Shown: piece by piece, positions 7,632 through 17,640 of the stretch
Layout of the letters: the number at the start of each line of letters is the position of its first letter
Position numbering within the stretch: the first letter of the stretch is position 1
Source of the DNA: a virus
Lineage: Duplodnaviria > Heunggongvirae > Uroviricota > Caudoviricetes
DNA length: 38,533 bases
Virus record (IMG/VR): IMGVR_UViG_2531839666_000019
Reading direction: 5' to 3' (one strand)
The notes under the pieces: model-generated
What the model was told of the DNA's origin: nothing
The model's database searches: none
The model's input: the letters and a program-made list of their open reading frames with translations, nothing else
Program-made: the position numbers and the translations under genes

Positions 7632-8782
7632 TTTTTCTTCTCCTTAATCACCGTCGATGTACTGCCATCCGGGTGATAAACCGTGAGTTTCTGAGTTTTT
7701 TGTTTTTTCCCTCTTGTGACTGGCCCCCGTGCCACTTCCAGCTCTGTGGTGTAGCCGCTGTTACGCTCAAACGCATGGCGGGCAGTGATTATCAGCCATG
7801 GACCGGATAATTGTCCAAAGCCCACCAGTTCAATTTTGTTGCCTGCTGTCAGTTGAGGCGTTCCCGTCAGCGTCAGGGAGCCGTTCTGCTGGTATTCGTT
7901 ATGTCTGGCCAGTGCTGAATCCGCTTTAATCCGGGCACTGTCCGGGTCGCTGACGCGGCTGTTAACTTTAAGTGAGTCAGCGCTGGTAACCTTACCGCCT
8001 TTGAGCTTTTTGTCGCTTTCACGGGTACCACCATCAGCTTCGTAGACGATCAGTTTTTTACTGCTGCTTTTCTGGTGTTTTACCTTTGCAGATTTATAGA
8101 CCCGGTTGATGGTGTCACGCAGGGAAAAGTGGGCCACATCCTGCGGTTTTAACTGCCTGACCGGCTCCTGACTGCGCAATGTGGCCAGATGAGAAAAAAT
8201 CAACTGGTCACTGACCACTTTCACTGCATAACCATACTCGCTGGCCAGCCGGCGCAGAAAACCCACGTCGGTTTCAGCATACTGGGTCACCCGGTCGATT
8301 CTGATGGACTCAATGCTGCCCACCAGTTTCAGCCGGTGCTTTCTGGCAATCCGACCCGCAACAGCTGCCAGCGTGGTGTTCTCAAAACCACGGCTGGATT
8401 TAGTCCGCAGAGCACTGTTAACCGAGGTGGCCACCCCACGGATAGCGACAACGGACGCGGGCGAACTCACTTCGATCTCGTCTATTGAGAATGTACCGTA
8501 GGACAGCAGTTTCTCGCCCTGATAACCCATTTTCAGCGTCAGCGTGTCACCCTTGCCCGGATACCACTTATCCAGCCAGCGGCCATCGGTGTCGTCCAGC
8601 TCCACCTCAATGGTATCGGACTCATTTTTGATGTTATCGCTCCAGACCACACGGGTGACATAAGGCGCGATATCAGAGGTGATGTTTTTCTGCAAATACC
8701 ACAGAGTGAATACCGGCGTCAGCACATCGCTGACGCCGGTTAACGCTGATGTGGCTTGCGCAGTACTGTTTATCTCAGCCAT
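7628..8782 (-). CDS. tail protein, late control D-like/baseplate hub (Mu gp44-like)
   Basis: 384-aa ORF between DNA-circularisation-like and spike genes; lysine-rich C-terminus. Confidence 0.7.
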   Translation of the reverse strand: MAEINSTAQATSALTGVSDVLTPVFTLWYLQKNITSDIAPYVTRVVWSDNIKNESDTIEVELDDTDGRWLDKWYPGKGDTLTLKMGYQGEKLLSYGTFSIDEIEVSSPASVVAIRGVATSVNSALRTKSSRGFENTTLAAVAGRIARKHRLKLVGSIESIRIDRVTQYAETDVGFLRRLASEYGYAVKVVSDQLIFSHLATLRSQEPVRQLKPQDVAHFSLRDTINRVYKSAKVKHQKSSSKKLIVYEADGGTRESDKKLKGGKVTSADSLKVNSRVSDPDSARIKADSALARHNEYQQNGSLTLTGTPQLTAGNKIELVGFGQLSGPWLIITARHAFERNSGYTTELEVARGPVTRGKKQKTQKLTVYHPDGSTSTVIKEKKK

Positions 8783-8985
8783 GGGGCAATATCCTCTTCT
8801 GTACGGGCATCTTCAGCCTCAATAACCGGGATCAGTAACAACAACCCGGAGGGCAGCACTGGCGTAATGGCCACGTGCGGATTGGCTGCAATAATCCGGG
8901 GATAGCCCAGCGGGTCACCGTAGTACTGCCATGCCAGCGAATCCCAGCGCTCTCCGTCACGGGTAATATGTTCAAGAAACATCAC
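8770..8985 (-). CDS. small tail protein (tail protein X-like)
   Basis: 71-aa ORF translationally coupled to neighbours. Confidence 0.45.
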   Translation of the reverse strand: MMFLEHITRDGERWDSLAWQYYGDPLGYPRIIAANPHVAITPVLPSGLLLLIPVIEAEDARTEEDIAPWLR

Positions 8986-9866
8986 ACACTCCTCGTCAGT
9001 ATTCTGGCGGCCATTGCACTTAATCCCGGAGACATGCGGTTGAATGCTGTGCCGGCGGCGTTAAGCTGCCCGGAAACGGTATCCAGAGCACCTGCAATAT
9101 TTCTTTTGTCCACACCACTCAGCGCCGACTGCGCCTGCTGTACATACGTGGCTGCCTCACTGGCTGTTCTGGCCAGACTGATGGCATCGGGCATGGATTC
9201 AGAGAGTACATTAAACGCCGGAATACTTTTCCCCAGAGCGCCGGATATATTACCCAGTCCGCTCATCAGTCCCGGCACACGGGTCAGCGCGACAACGGGG
9301 TTACCCTTCATTTTCTGCGCCACCCGAACGGCACTGATGGTGGTCTGGAGTACAGACTGCGCCTGTTTCGCATAGTTGACGCCGTTACGGACGAACTGCG
9401 CCACCCCGGAAGGCGATGGAACAGCACCAGATATGGCCCCGGCACCGGGAACCTGCCTGCGTATTGCCGGCGGTTGCAGAGGATTTTTCGGGTCACCGGT
9501 GTATTCCCGGAGAGACACGGTGGCACTGACAGCCAGCACGTTACCGGTGCTGTCTGTCTGCTCGCTGGTTGCGGTCACATCGGTAATCACGAACCAGCCG
9601 CGATAGTCACCGTTGCCGAAGACCAGCGCCAGTGCCTGATGGGCCTTCATGGCAGTTCGCACTCTCGCCAGCTCCACGTCGGGCACACAATAATGCTGAT
9701 GGAAGACCAGGCTTATCTGGATTTCGTCCAGCCTGTCGCCGACGAACTGCAGGCCGGGTTTACCCTCGATGCGGGCATGCTCCGCATAATCGACGCCAAA
9801 CGTGGCCTCGAAGCCGTCCCAGTAGGTAATCAGTTCAAACTCAATATCACCCAGTACGGCAAACAT
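8982..9866 (-). CDS. tail protein, Mu gp43-like (DNA circularisation protein N-terminal family)
   Basis: 294-aa ORF directly downstream of the tape measure gene. Confidence 0.6.
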   Translation of the reverse strand: MFAVLGDIEFELITYWDGFEATFGVDYAEHARIEGKPGLQFVGDRLDEIQISLVFHQHYCVPDVELARVRTAMKAHQALALVFGNGDYRGWFVITDVTATSEQTDSTGNVLAVSATVSLREYTGDPKNPLQPPAIRRQVPGAGAISGAVPSPSGVAQFVRNGVNYAKQAQSVLQTTISAVRVAQKMKGNPVVALTRVPGLMSGLGNISGALGKSIPAFNVLSESMPDAISLARTASEAATYVQQAQSALSGVDKRNIAGALDTVSGQLNAAGTAFNRMSPGLSAMAARILTRSV

Positions 9867-12332
9867 CAGCTGTACTCCTTACGTTGTTTCTGAGCCAGCA
9901 GACGCTCCAGCATTTTTTCCAGCTCATGCAGGCTCATATTCAGGGCACCAGCCAGCCCGGCAGGCGCTGCGGTTTCCTTACCATTGAGGAAAAACTGAGG
10001 ATTAAAGCTGACCTGGATACCGCCAGACGCTCCACCGCCGGTTGCAGTTGCGCCACGGCCTGAATATCCGGCAGCCATGATTTCCGGCGACGGGATACGG
10101 GGAACATCCGGTGTCATTTCAGCGGCCAGGCGCTGCCCGGCCAGTGCAGCAAGCGGAGTGGTCCGTTGCAGGCCAATGGCGGCACCCTGCGCGATATTGT
10201 CACCAAAGCCTATAAACACGCGACTCGGTGAATGGATGCCCAGCTTTTCGCTGAACCAGTCACTGATGCTGTCACCCATTCCGGTTATGCTGGTTTTCAG
10301 TGACGCCCATTTGTTTCTGATGCCATTTATCAGCCCGTCAATAAGATGACCACCGAAGTCGGTGAATTTCGCCGGCAAATCAACGCCGAGATATTTCAGC
10401 GCAGCCGCAAAGGCTTTATAAAGCAGACCTGCCGGAGACCAGTTAACCAGCAGTTTACCAATTCCCGCGATGCCGCCGTTAAAGGCTTCCTGAATGTCAG
10501 CCCAGCGCTGTTTAAACCAGCTACTGACAGCGCCCCAGTTGCGGTAGATAAGGTAAGCTGCTGCCGCGACGGCGGTGATAACGAGACCGATGGGATTCAT
10601 CAGCAGCGCCCGGCCAATCCAGAGAACGGCACGCCCGGCGCTCATAATTCCGCGAACCAGCCCCCCTGAGAGCACCCCCCCACGTCGTTCTGGTTCCTCT
10701 GGCGACGGCACCAAAGCCTGTCACCAGCCAGCGGAGTTTACCGCCTTCCCCCAGTGCGAGCATCAGACGAAGCCAGTTGGCCCGAAGTAAAACAGCATTT
10801 TTCCAGACGCTTACAAAGGGGGAAATAAGGAGATTCAGCCCAAACTTGAGACCGATAGTGGCCATCCTGAAAGCGAGTAATGCGCCCACAACCTTTATGG
10901 TGCTGCTGACGAGCTGCGGATTTGCCGCTATCCATTTGCCGACGCTGTCCATTAAAGGAATAAATGTTTCACCCAACTGGAGCAAAGCCGGACGCAAGGA
11001 TTGCCCGATGCTGATAGCAGAATCATTAAAGCCGATCTGCATTCTGCGCCAGCGACCTTCAAGCGTATCATTCTGCTTTGCAGCATCCTTATCCAGGGTA
11101 GACATTGCAGCCGGAGCATTCATTTCCTGCTTACTGGAAAGGTATTTATCCCAGCCCTGTCGCATTGACAGTAAATGGTTGACAGTCTGAATATCGGTAA
11201 AGACCTCAGCCAGACCAAATGACTCCATGAGTTTCTGCTGACCTTCCTGATCGCCTCTTGCTCCTGCAGCTTTCCATTGCTGCAAAAACGCTTTGCCTTT
11301 ACTGTCGATAAAACGGTTGGCAATCATCAGTGAAGCTTCGTACTGCGAAAAACCCTGAGCGACGTAATTCTGCATTGACCCCTGGTAATCCACCCCGGCT
11401 TTAGCATATTTCTGGATGGTATCTCCGCGGCCCATTGCTGCCAGCCAGTTGGACATATTGGTGACCGCTTCCTCTGCAGAGCCACTACCTTTACCGACCT
11501 CCAGACTGGCAACAATCTGGGTAATCGCATCTTTTCCATAAATACCACGAGCAGCGAAGGCTTTCGCCATACCGGGTAATGCTTTTGCCATATCCTTCAG
11601 CTCAAATGACCCAAGTTTGGCTCCTGTTGCCGCAATGCCAAACGCCTGTTCAAGTTCTTTCGCATCAGTGATTCTGAGTGCATCGCTGAAGGCATAAGTC
11701 ATTTTGGCAAGGTCGGTCATATCGGCTTTGGTTGCTGTAGCGGTCTTTCCAAGCATCTCTGCAAACGTTGCTGCCCGTTCGGGGGCCATACCATCAGCAA
11801 CTAATTGTCCGACTCCCCCTAACAGAGACTCCTGCAGTTGGTTAACCTTCAGCGAGGCCTGTCTGATAGCCAGGCCAATTGCACGTTCCTGTTTTGCATC
11901 CAGGTCTCCTGTGACACTGATATCCCGCAACTGTGATTCAAACGAGGCATATTGTTTAACCGAGGCCATGACCGGTGCGCCCAGCGTTCTGCCAATAGCA
12001 TAGGTTTCTGCACCCTGACCATAGAGCGCCAGGCGGTTAGCCTTCAACGCATCACCGGTGGCTGATACTGCTGACAGACGGCGCTGCTGACGTTCAATTT
12101 GCTCCATGGTGCGGCTTACCCGCAGCAACTCGCTGTTGAGATGCTGCATCCGGGAAGAACCCAGTTGACCATAACGTTCTGTTGCCCGGGTTAAGGCATT
12201 CTGGCGTTCCTGCAGACGGCGGGAGGTATCACCAAGGGAATCAAGGGCGCGTCGGGTGCCACTGACGGCTGAGCGGAAGCTGCTCCCGACAATGCCGCCA
12301 ATAATGACGCCGACTGAAAATTCACTGGCCAC
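9866..12332 (-). CDS. tail tape measure protein, reading frame broken within 10661-10681 (two ORFs 10521-12332 and 9866-10714)
   Basis: 603-aa plus 282-aa overlapping ORFs; coiled-coil-rich N part and hydrophobic segment LVRGIMSAGRAVLWIGRALLMNPIGLVITAVAAAAYLIY; removing one G from the G7 run (or the adjacent G6 run) joins the frames. Confidence 0.8.
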
Positions 12333-12424
12333 GGTGGCTATCCTCTGAAAGCAAAAAAACGGAAGGGAAGTGTCTGAACCCCATGCAGAACAGCCGCGAC
12401 TGGCGGCTGTTAAGTGATACGTTG

Positions 12425-12848
12425 TTACTGATTGTCGCCGAACTCGCTTTTGATTTGCTCTTCAGCCTGCTCCAGCCACATCTCCAGATCGTCAGTATCG
12501 AGGGCATCAATCTCCCCCGGCTGAAACCTGAACCATCTCGCCAGCAGGCCCTGCGCCTGCATCAGTGTTTTTGTCGCTCTTGCCCAGCCCAGTGATTTTC
12601 TGAAATCGTTTCTGCAGCTCCATATAGTCGGCAAGATCCATGTTATCGAGGTCTTCCGGGAGGATACCGGTGCTACGGGCAATCAGTGGTTCGTCCCAGT
12701 CTGCCGGGTCTTTGTTGATTTTGCGCACCTGCTTCAGGTCTTTTACTGTCAGGCGTTTCAGTTCAATCTGTTCAATTCTGGTACCTGCAGCAGTGGTGAA
12801 AGGATAAGACAGCGTAAAAGTATCGGACTGGGTCTGTGACATGATCAT
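12425..12848 (-). CDS. tail assembly chaperone (113-aa product 12507-12848) with a +1-frame 27-codon extension to 12425
   Basis: Position between tube and tape measure genes; second frame has an acidic C-terminus EIDALDTDDLEMWLEQAEEQIKSEFGDNQ; frames meet at a G5 run (plus-strand C5 at 12514-12518). Confidence 0.6.
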
Positions 12849-12910
12849 ACTCCTTTGTAAATTCAGAGCAGTATGTCTGGCGGTGGACGTGACGGATATT
12901 AAAGGAGATT

Positions 12911-12932
12911 AAGAAGAAGGGGCCGGAGCCCC
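12911..12932 (-). terminator. putative intrinsic terminator inside the late operon
   Basis: On the minus strand, hairpin GGGGC-UCCG-GCCCC followed by UUCUUCUU, starting 8 nt after the stop of the 93-aa gene. Confidence 0.4.
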
Positions 12933-12939
12933 TGTGATG

Positions 12940-13221
12940 TCAGCAAGTGCGAAAACCCTTGCAGTTACGCAGGAAAGCGATGAGAAGCGCCTTTCCCTCA
13001 GATTTGCCGATGCCGGAGAACCAGTGGTCGGGCGGCTCCCATGCTTCAATCAAATCGGCCAGTTTGCGGGCCTTTGAACGTGTGCAGTCAATCGGGTCAT
13101 TGGTTTTACGGGTATTAAAAAGGGTTTCCACCCCCGGAATATCAAGGAGGGTAAACCACGTACCATTTGACATGCCCAGTGACGCACATCGCCCTCCTTT
13201 GTCAGTCAGTTCAACACTCAC
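12940..13221 (-). CDS. hypothetical small Cys-containing protein between tail tube and chaperone genes
   Basis: 93-aa ORF tightly packed after the tube gene; no recognisable motif. Confidence 0.45.
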   Translation of the reverse strand: MSVELTDKGGRCASLGMSNGTWFTLLDIPGVETLFNTRKTNDPIDCTRSKARKLADLIEAWEPPDHWFSGIGKSEGKALLIAFLRNCKGFRTC

Positions 13222-13223
13222 CG

Positions 13224-13745
13224 TCAGCCCCCGATATTGATCCGATAGTCAGTCAGTTGATCAACGCCACCGACGCGGAAGATGTTGGCCAGATAGTCCA
13301 GTTGCAGCAACTCTTCACCATCCAGTACCTGTCTGATATACGTGCAGGTGAAGCTACTGGAGAACTCGGCGTTCTCGTGCTGTTTAAACGTCCCCAGCGG
13401 GTTCTTCTTGAACATAATTGTCAGGAAGGTGACCAGCGGGATTTCGTCGATCAGCCCCTGCGAGCTGTAGCGCTGGACGCTGGAGCGACACTGCAGCGCC
13501 AGCGACTTGTACGGGTTCGCGGCAGACAGCATCGCATCGCGGTAAAAGCTGTTCCATTTGATTTCGCCTTCCAGTTTGTCAAAACCAGCCGGGAGTTCCA
13601 CCTTACCCACCATCCCCAGTGCCTTGTGTTCCTGCATAATCATGGAGACATCGGGGAGTTTAACCTCCTCAGCCCGTCCCAGCAGGTTAGTACCATCCAG
13701 ATAGATGTTGGCATTCGTGATTCGGTTTATCTCAATCTTTGACAT
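13224..13745 (-). CDS. tail tube protein (Mu gp40-like)
   Basis: 173-aa ORF immediately downstream of the sheath gene, typical size. Confidence 0.75.
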   Translation of the reverse strand: MSKIEINRITNANIYLDGTNLLGRAEEVKLPDVSMIMQEHKALGMVGKVELPAGFDKLEGEIKWNSFYRDAMLSAANPYKSLALQCRSSVQRYSSQGLIDEIPLVTFLTIMFKKNPLGTFKQHENAEFSSSFTCTYIRQVLDGEELLQLDYLANIFRVGGVDQLTDYRINIGG

Positions 13746-15172
13746 CAGTTGCCCCCTTTCAGGGTTAACAGGTATTCCGAGGTGATCTCAGTCTCAAACG
13801 TCAGTCGCTCCAGCGGCGGTGGTGGCGTATATTTGTAGCTCAGCAACAGGTGCCCGGCGGCCAGCTCCGTTTCCGGATTGCGGGCCGGATCAAACCAGCA
13901 ACGGAAGCCCAGTACCGCGCCATCACCAGTCATTTTGCGACCGTAGGCGTTGACCGACTCCGTCAGTGCATCAATCAGCGCCTGAGTAATCGGCATGTCG
14001 ATGTACTGCTGGCTGAAGTAACGAATGGACTCATTGATCACATCACCGGTGCGGCGAACGTTCTCAAAGTTACGCATATGGGTGACCGTTGGCCATGCTG
14101 CCGTCCGGTTACCCCACAGACGAAGGCCGCTGCCGTAACTGCTGAATACCGTGGTGATCCCCTGTTCGTTAAGCAGGTTCACCTCGCTCTGCGGATCGTC
14201 AATCATTGCCGACAGCTGGCGCTCCACGCCGGTGATCCCCAGAATTTCCTGATTTGAGGATGACCACCAGTACCCTTTGTCCAGGTCGACTTTGGCACGC
14301 AGGCCCGCCGCACGCTGGCTCAGTGGCTCCAGACGTTCCGTGTTCGTCACCGGGTCATATACCTTCACATGCGGGTAGCACAGGCGGACACGGTCAGAGC
14401 TGGTATTAAAGTTAATGGTGCCTTCCGGGCCTCGTCCCGCCAGAGCCTGCGCAAAAGTGGTACCAACCGGCGCATCAATATAGGTTACTGCTCCCAGTTT
14501 CTCAGCCATGGCGATAAGCTCAACCGAGACGCTGTTCTGGGTGCAGAATACCGGAGCAATCAGGATTTTGGCGAAGTAGCCAAACAGGTTAAAACTGTCG
14601 TTAAGCAGCTTCATGCCGGTACGGTTGCCTGCAGCGTTAACGGTACCGATGATATCAGCCGGGGTGACTTTGGTCGGATCAGCATAGTTATAGCTGGCCT
14701 TCACCGTTGCATCTGCAGCAATGCTTTTACCCAGGTTAGTAATCACCCCGGTCTGTGCATCAAGCGAGTAGTCCTGACCTTCAACATAAGGCTGACCGTC
14801 GCTGTCCGGTTTCAGTACCAGCTGCGCGACCACCGGATTAGCCAGCCGGGCTCTGCCTGTCGCCTTGTCGAACGACACATTCTCACTGACCACAGCGGTT
14901 TTATGCACAGACGGATCGAGTACGTTAATGACCAGAACGGTGCCTGCACCATGGTCATAAATCGCATCCAGCGCCTGTGGAATGGTAAAGCCGGTGAACT
15001 GGCTGCCAAATGCCGCAGCGTCTTTCTCAGACAGGCACTGTACCAGCGTATTGACATCCCCCATTGGTGCGGTACCAATCAGGCCAATAACGGCAGATTT
15101 CACCGTTTTAACCGGGCGGGCACCGTTTTCCACTTCAATGGTTTCCGGACCATGCAGATAGTTAGCTGACAT
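13745..15172 (-). CDS. contractile tail sheath protein (Mu gp39-like)
   Basis: 475-aa ORF, N-terminus MSANYLHGPETIEVENGARPVKTVKSAVIGLIGTAP typical of sheath proteins. Confidence 0.85.
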   Translation of the reverse strand: MSANYLHGPETIEVENGARPVKTVKSAVIGLIGTAPMGDVNTLVQCLSEKDAAAFGSQFTGFTIPQALDAIYDHGAGTVLVINVLDPSVHKTAVVSENVSFDKATGRARLANPVVAQLVLKPDSDGQPYVEGQDYSLDAQTGVITNLGKSIAADATVKASYNYADPTKVTPADIIGTVNAAGNRTGMKLLNDSFNLFGYFAKILIAPVFCTQNSVSVELIAMAEKLGAVTYIDAPVGTTFAQALAGRGPEGTINFNTSSDRVRLCYPHVKVYDPVTNTERLEPLSQRAAGLRAKVDLDKGYWWSSSNQEILGITGVERQLSAMIDDPQSEVNLLNEQGITTVFSSYGSGLRLWGNRTAAWPTVTHMRNFENVRRTGDVINESIRYFSQQYIDMPITQALIDALTESVNAYGRKMTGDGAVLGFRCWFDPARNPETELAAGHLLLSYKYTPPPPLERLTFETEITSEYLLTLKGGN

Positions 15173-15416
15173 GGGCGTCCTCCGTTTTCACCTCGCTGTC
15201 ACCGCCGTTCCTGCGCTTTGGTGACTGCACAGCCGGTGTGCCGGCGGGTTTAATTTCTTCAGATACCGGCGTCAGATGCTTCAGCGCCACCAGTACCTTC
15301 ACGTAGTCATGCTCCTCCGGCAGGGAAACAGTCTTCCCCGGCCAGAGCAGGATTTCGGTTCCGTCCGACAGCGTGACGCCGCTGGCCGGGCCGGAATAGC
15401 GGTATTCTTTCATCAC
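15162..15416 (-). CDS. hypothetical protein (Mu gp38-like position)
   Basis: 84-aa ORF coupled to neighbours. Confidence 0.45.
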   Translation of the reverse strand: MMKEYRYSGPASGVTLSDGTEILLWPGKTVSLPEEHDYVKVLVALKHLTPVSEEIKPAGTPAVQSPKRRNGGDSEVKTEDAHVS

Positions 15417-15877
15417 TCGCTTTCCTCATAGTTCACTTCAGTTAACAGCGGGCCGGACGGTAAATCGCTGTCTTCGATAAAGACGCTTTCAGTCGCGAAG
15501 TCGAGGGCGTACTGCCACAGCCCCCTGACTTCACCGATAAACACCTCGCGGGTCAGCCAGATACGGCGGCGGCACCCGGGCGGGGTGTAGCCACCAAGAA
15601 TGCGGCGGACAGCATCCAGGACATTAATCGCCCCTTTTTTACCGTTGAGCTGTCGGAAGACCACCGTGACGCAGAGCTGGATAGTCTGAGGCTGGATCAC
15701 CGCACCGGTATCATCCGGCCTGTCGAAACGCGATCCTGCATAGCTCAGCAGCAACGCCCCGACAGAATGATTGAGGCGGTATTCGGACGGCTTTTCCGGG
15801 AAGTACTCAACCTGCAGCTGAGGCAGCTTCTCGCGCAACCGGGCCAGCACCGCATCAAGGACGGGCAGAACATTCAT
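15413..15877 (-). CDS. head-tail joining/tail completion protein (Mu gp37-like)
   Basis: 154-aa ORF in the conserved position. Confidence 0.55.
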   Translation of the reverse strand: MNVLPVLDAVLARLREKLPQLQVEYFPEKPSEYRLNHSVGALLLSYAGSRFDRPDDTGAVIQPQTIQLCVTVVFRQLNGKKGAINVLDAVRRILGGYTPPGCRRRIWLTREVFIGEVRGLWQYALDFATESVFIEDSDLPSGPLLTEVNYEESE

Positions 15878-16323
15878 CAGTATTTCTCCAGTAAGCCGTC
15901 ACGACCGCCGAAAGTGGCCGGGCGGCTGCGTACACGAAACTCTCCTGGCTCAGGCATATCTTTCTGAGTGGACGGCAGCCCCAGCGTAAGCCTGTTATCA
16001 CGTAACTCCTTCAGTTGCCGCAGCGCTTCTTTGTGGTCATCCTTCACCGTATCCGGGAGGTCACCTTCCGGGCGGCGGGCGTAGAGCCGGTAACGGACCA
16101 GCGTGATGGCAATGTCCCGCAGAACGGTCGGTATCTCCGCCAGCGGCAGGATATAGCGTCCGCGCAGATGGGCATCAATCAGCTCGTCGGCATAGCGGAT
16201 ACAGCTCTCCACCACACGGGTATTCACTGTCGCAGGCGAGTCGAAGTCCATCTCTTCACTGGTGAGCTCGATCAGCGTTCGTTCCGGCACCTGCTCAAGC
16301 AAATCCTCCAGGGTGCAGTACAT
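15877..16323 (-). CDS. head-tail connector protein (Mu gp36-like, DUF1320-like)
   Basis: Start trimmed from 16485 to the ATG at 16323, which abuts the upstream gene stop at 16325; MYCTLEDLLEQVPERTLIELT N-terminus. Confidence 0.55.
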   Translation of the reverse strand: MYCTLEDLLEQVPERTLIELTSEEMDFDSPATVNTRVVESCIRYADELIDAHLRGRYILPLAEIPTVLRDIAITLVRYRLYARRPEGDLPDTVKDDHKEALRQLKELRDNRLTLGLPSTQKDMPEPGEFRVRSRPATFGGRDGLLEKY

Positions 16324-16324
16324 G

Positions 16325-16663
16325 TCACACCCCGCGCAGGATACGAATGACGTCGCCTTCACCCCCGGCTTCATCAAGTGCAATACCACAGGATTTACCG
16401 TCGCCGGACTGCGGCACGGCTCTGGCCTGAGCATCTGACTGAACAGCCACACCACGGCTGACCGCAGCACCGGCCTCAACAGCAATAATGCCCAGAACGC
16501 TCACCGGCGTGCTGTCGCCGGTAACAGCATCCACTTCGGCAACCCCGAGCGCTGCGGCACCGGCTTTACAGGGGGTATTATCTGCCCCGACAAAACGCTG
16601 CTGTGCCAGTTCTGCCCCTGCCGTTACGGTTGTAATCAGAATGACCTGCTGAGTGGTTCCCAT
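16325..16663 (-). CDS. small Ala/Gly-rich head protein (possible decoration or head-associated protein)
   Basis: 112-aa ORF directly downstream of the major capsid gene. Confidence 0.45.
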   Translation of the reverse strand: MGTTQQVILITTVTAGAELAQQRFVGADNTPCKAGAAALGVAEVDAVTGDSTPVSVLGIIAVEAGAAVSRGVAVQSDAQARAVPQSGDGKSCGIALDEAGGEGDVIRILRGV

Positions 16664-16672
16664 AACGCCTCC

Positions 16673-17626
16673 TTATTTACTGATACCGGTGATGAGATAC
16701 CCGGCATCGCCACCAACCACGGCGACTTTGTAGATATCGGTATAACGGCAGTACTTCACCTTGCCACCGGCACCGTCGTATTTGTCTGCAACAGGCATCC
16801 CCTTACGGCGCAGGGTGTAGCCGAAGGACGGCTCGTTCTCGTCCGCGCTGTCCGCCCCCGGCTGCGGCTTGCCGACGTAGTGCAGCATCAGGTTGTCTCC
16901 CCAGATATCCGCCGGCACGCTGTCCCTATCCATTGCCGCTTTCATGGATGGCAGGGAGACAGGGGCACCGATGACGATCTCTTCGATCTGAAAGAGGTCC
17001 TGCAGGATCTCCGTAGTGATGCGCTTGCGTTCGTTGGCTCCGATGGCAGCCTGAATCGCCGGGTGGAACTTCAGCAGCGCCATCACGCTGGCACCCATGG
17101 TCATCAGGTTAGGACGCAGCCCCGTGGCCGTACGGACCGCTTCCATACCGGCTTCAATCACCCCGATGGGGTCCCCCTTACCACCGGCCCAGCGATCACT
17201 GGCTGTCAGTTTTTTAACGTGCCCGGTACGGTAGACCTTTTCATCCTGAGCCAGACGGGCGGCGATAAGTTCACGGCGCAGATTCACGCCATTCGTGGCG
17301 CGACGGATGGCCTTGCTCTCCTCGTTAAACATGGACTCCGCCTGCTCGCGATAGTCCACCGGCGCAGCCAGATCGTGCTCACCCAGCACCAGATCAAGCG
17401 TGCCGGTTTTCTCACGGACCAGAACATTGCTGTCCGCCCCGACGGCACGCTCAGTGTCATATTCCACAAAGGCGGTTTTCCCGAAGGTCGGCACACGCAC
17501 GCCTTCCTTGTCCGTCAGCACGACGGGGAAAATACGTTCGCCAATGAATGCGGCATTTTTATAGCCTCGGGCGATACTGGTCAGTACCGGATCAACGACA
17601 CGTTTACCTTTTAAGTAATCAGACAT
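16673..17626 (-). CDS. major capsid protein (Mu T-like)
   Basis: 317-aa ORF after the protease/scaffold gene; size and order typical. Confidence 0.8.
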   Translation of the reverse strand: MSDYLKGKRVVDPVLTSIARGYKNAAFIGERIFPVVLTDKEGVRVPTFGKTAFVEYDTERAVGADSNVLVREKTGTLDLVLGEHDLAAPVDYREQAESMFNEESKAIRRATNGVNLRRELIAARLAQDEKVYRTGHVKKLTASDRWAGGKGDPIGVIEAGMEAVRTATGLRPNLMTMGASVMALLKFHPAIQAAIGANERKRITTEILQDLFQIEEIVIGAPVSLPSMKAAMDRDSVPADIWGDNLMLHYVGKPQPGADSADENEPSFGYTLRRKGMPVADKYDGAGGKVKYCRYTDIYKVAVVGGDAGYLITGISK

Positions 17627-17640
17627 GATTTCTCCTTAAA

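Noticed and set aside
14369-15169. 266-aa plus-strand ORF
   Set aside because: Antisense to the tail sheath gene; no coding evidence beyond absence of stops.
16324-16485. N-terminal extension of the gp36-like ORF
   Set aside because: It overlaps the upstream gene by 160 bp; the internal ATG at 16323 gives the usual tight gene junction.
16880-17614. 244-aa plus-strand ORF
   Set aside because: Antisense to the major capsid gene.
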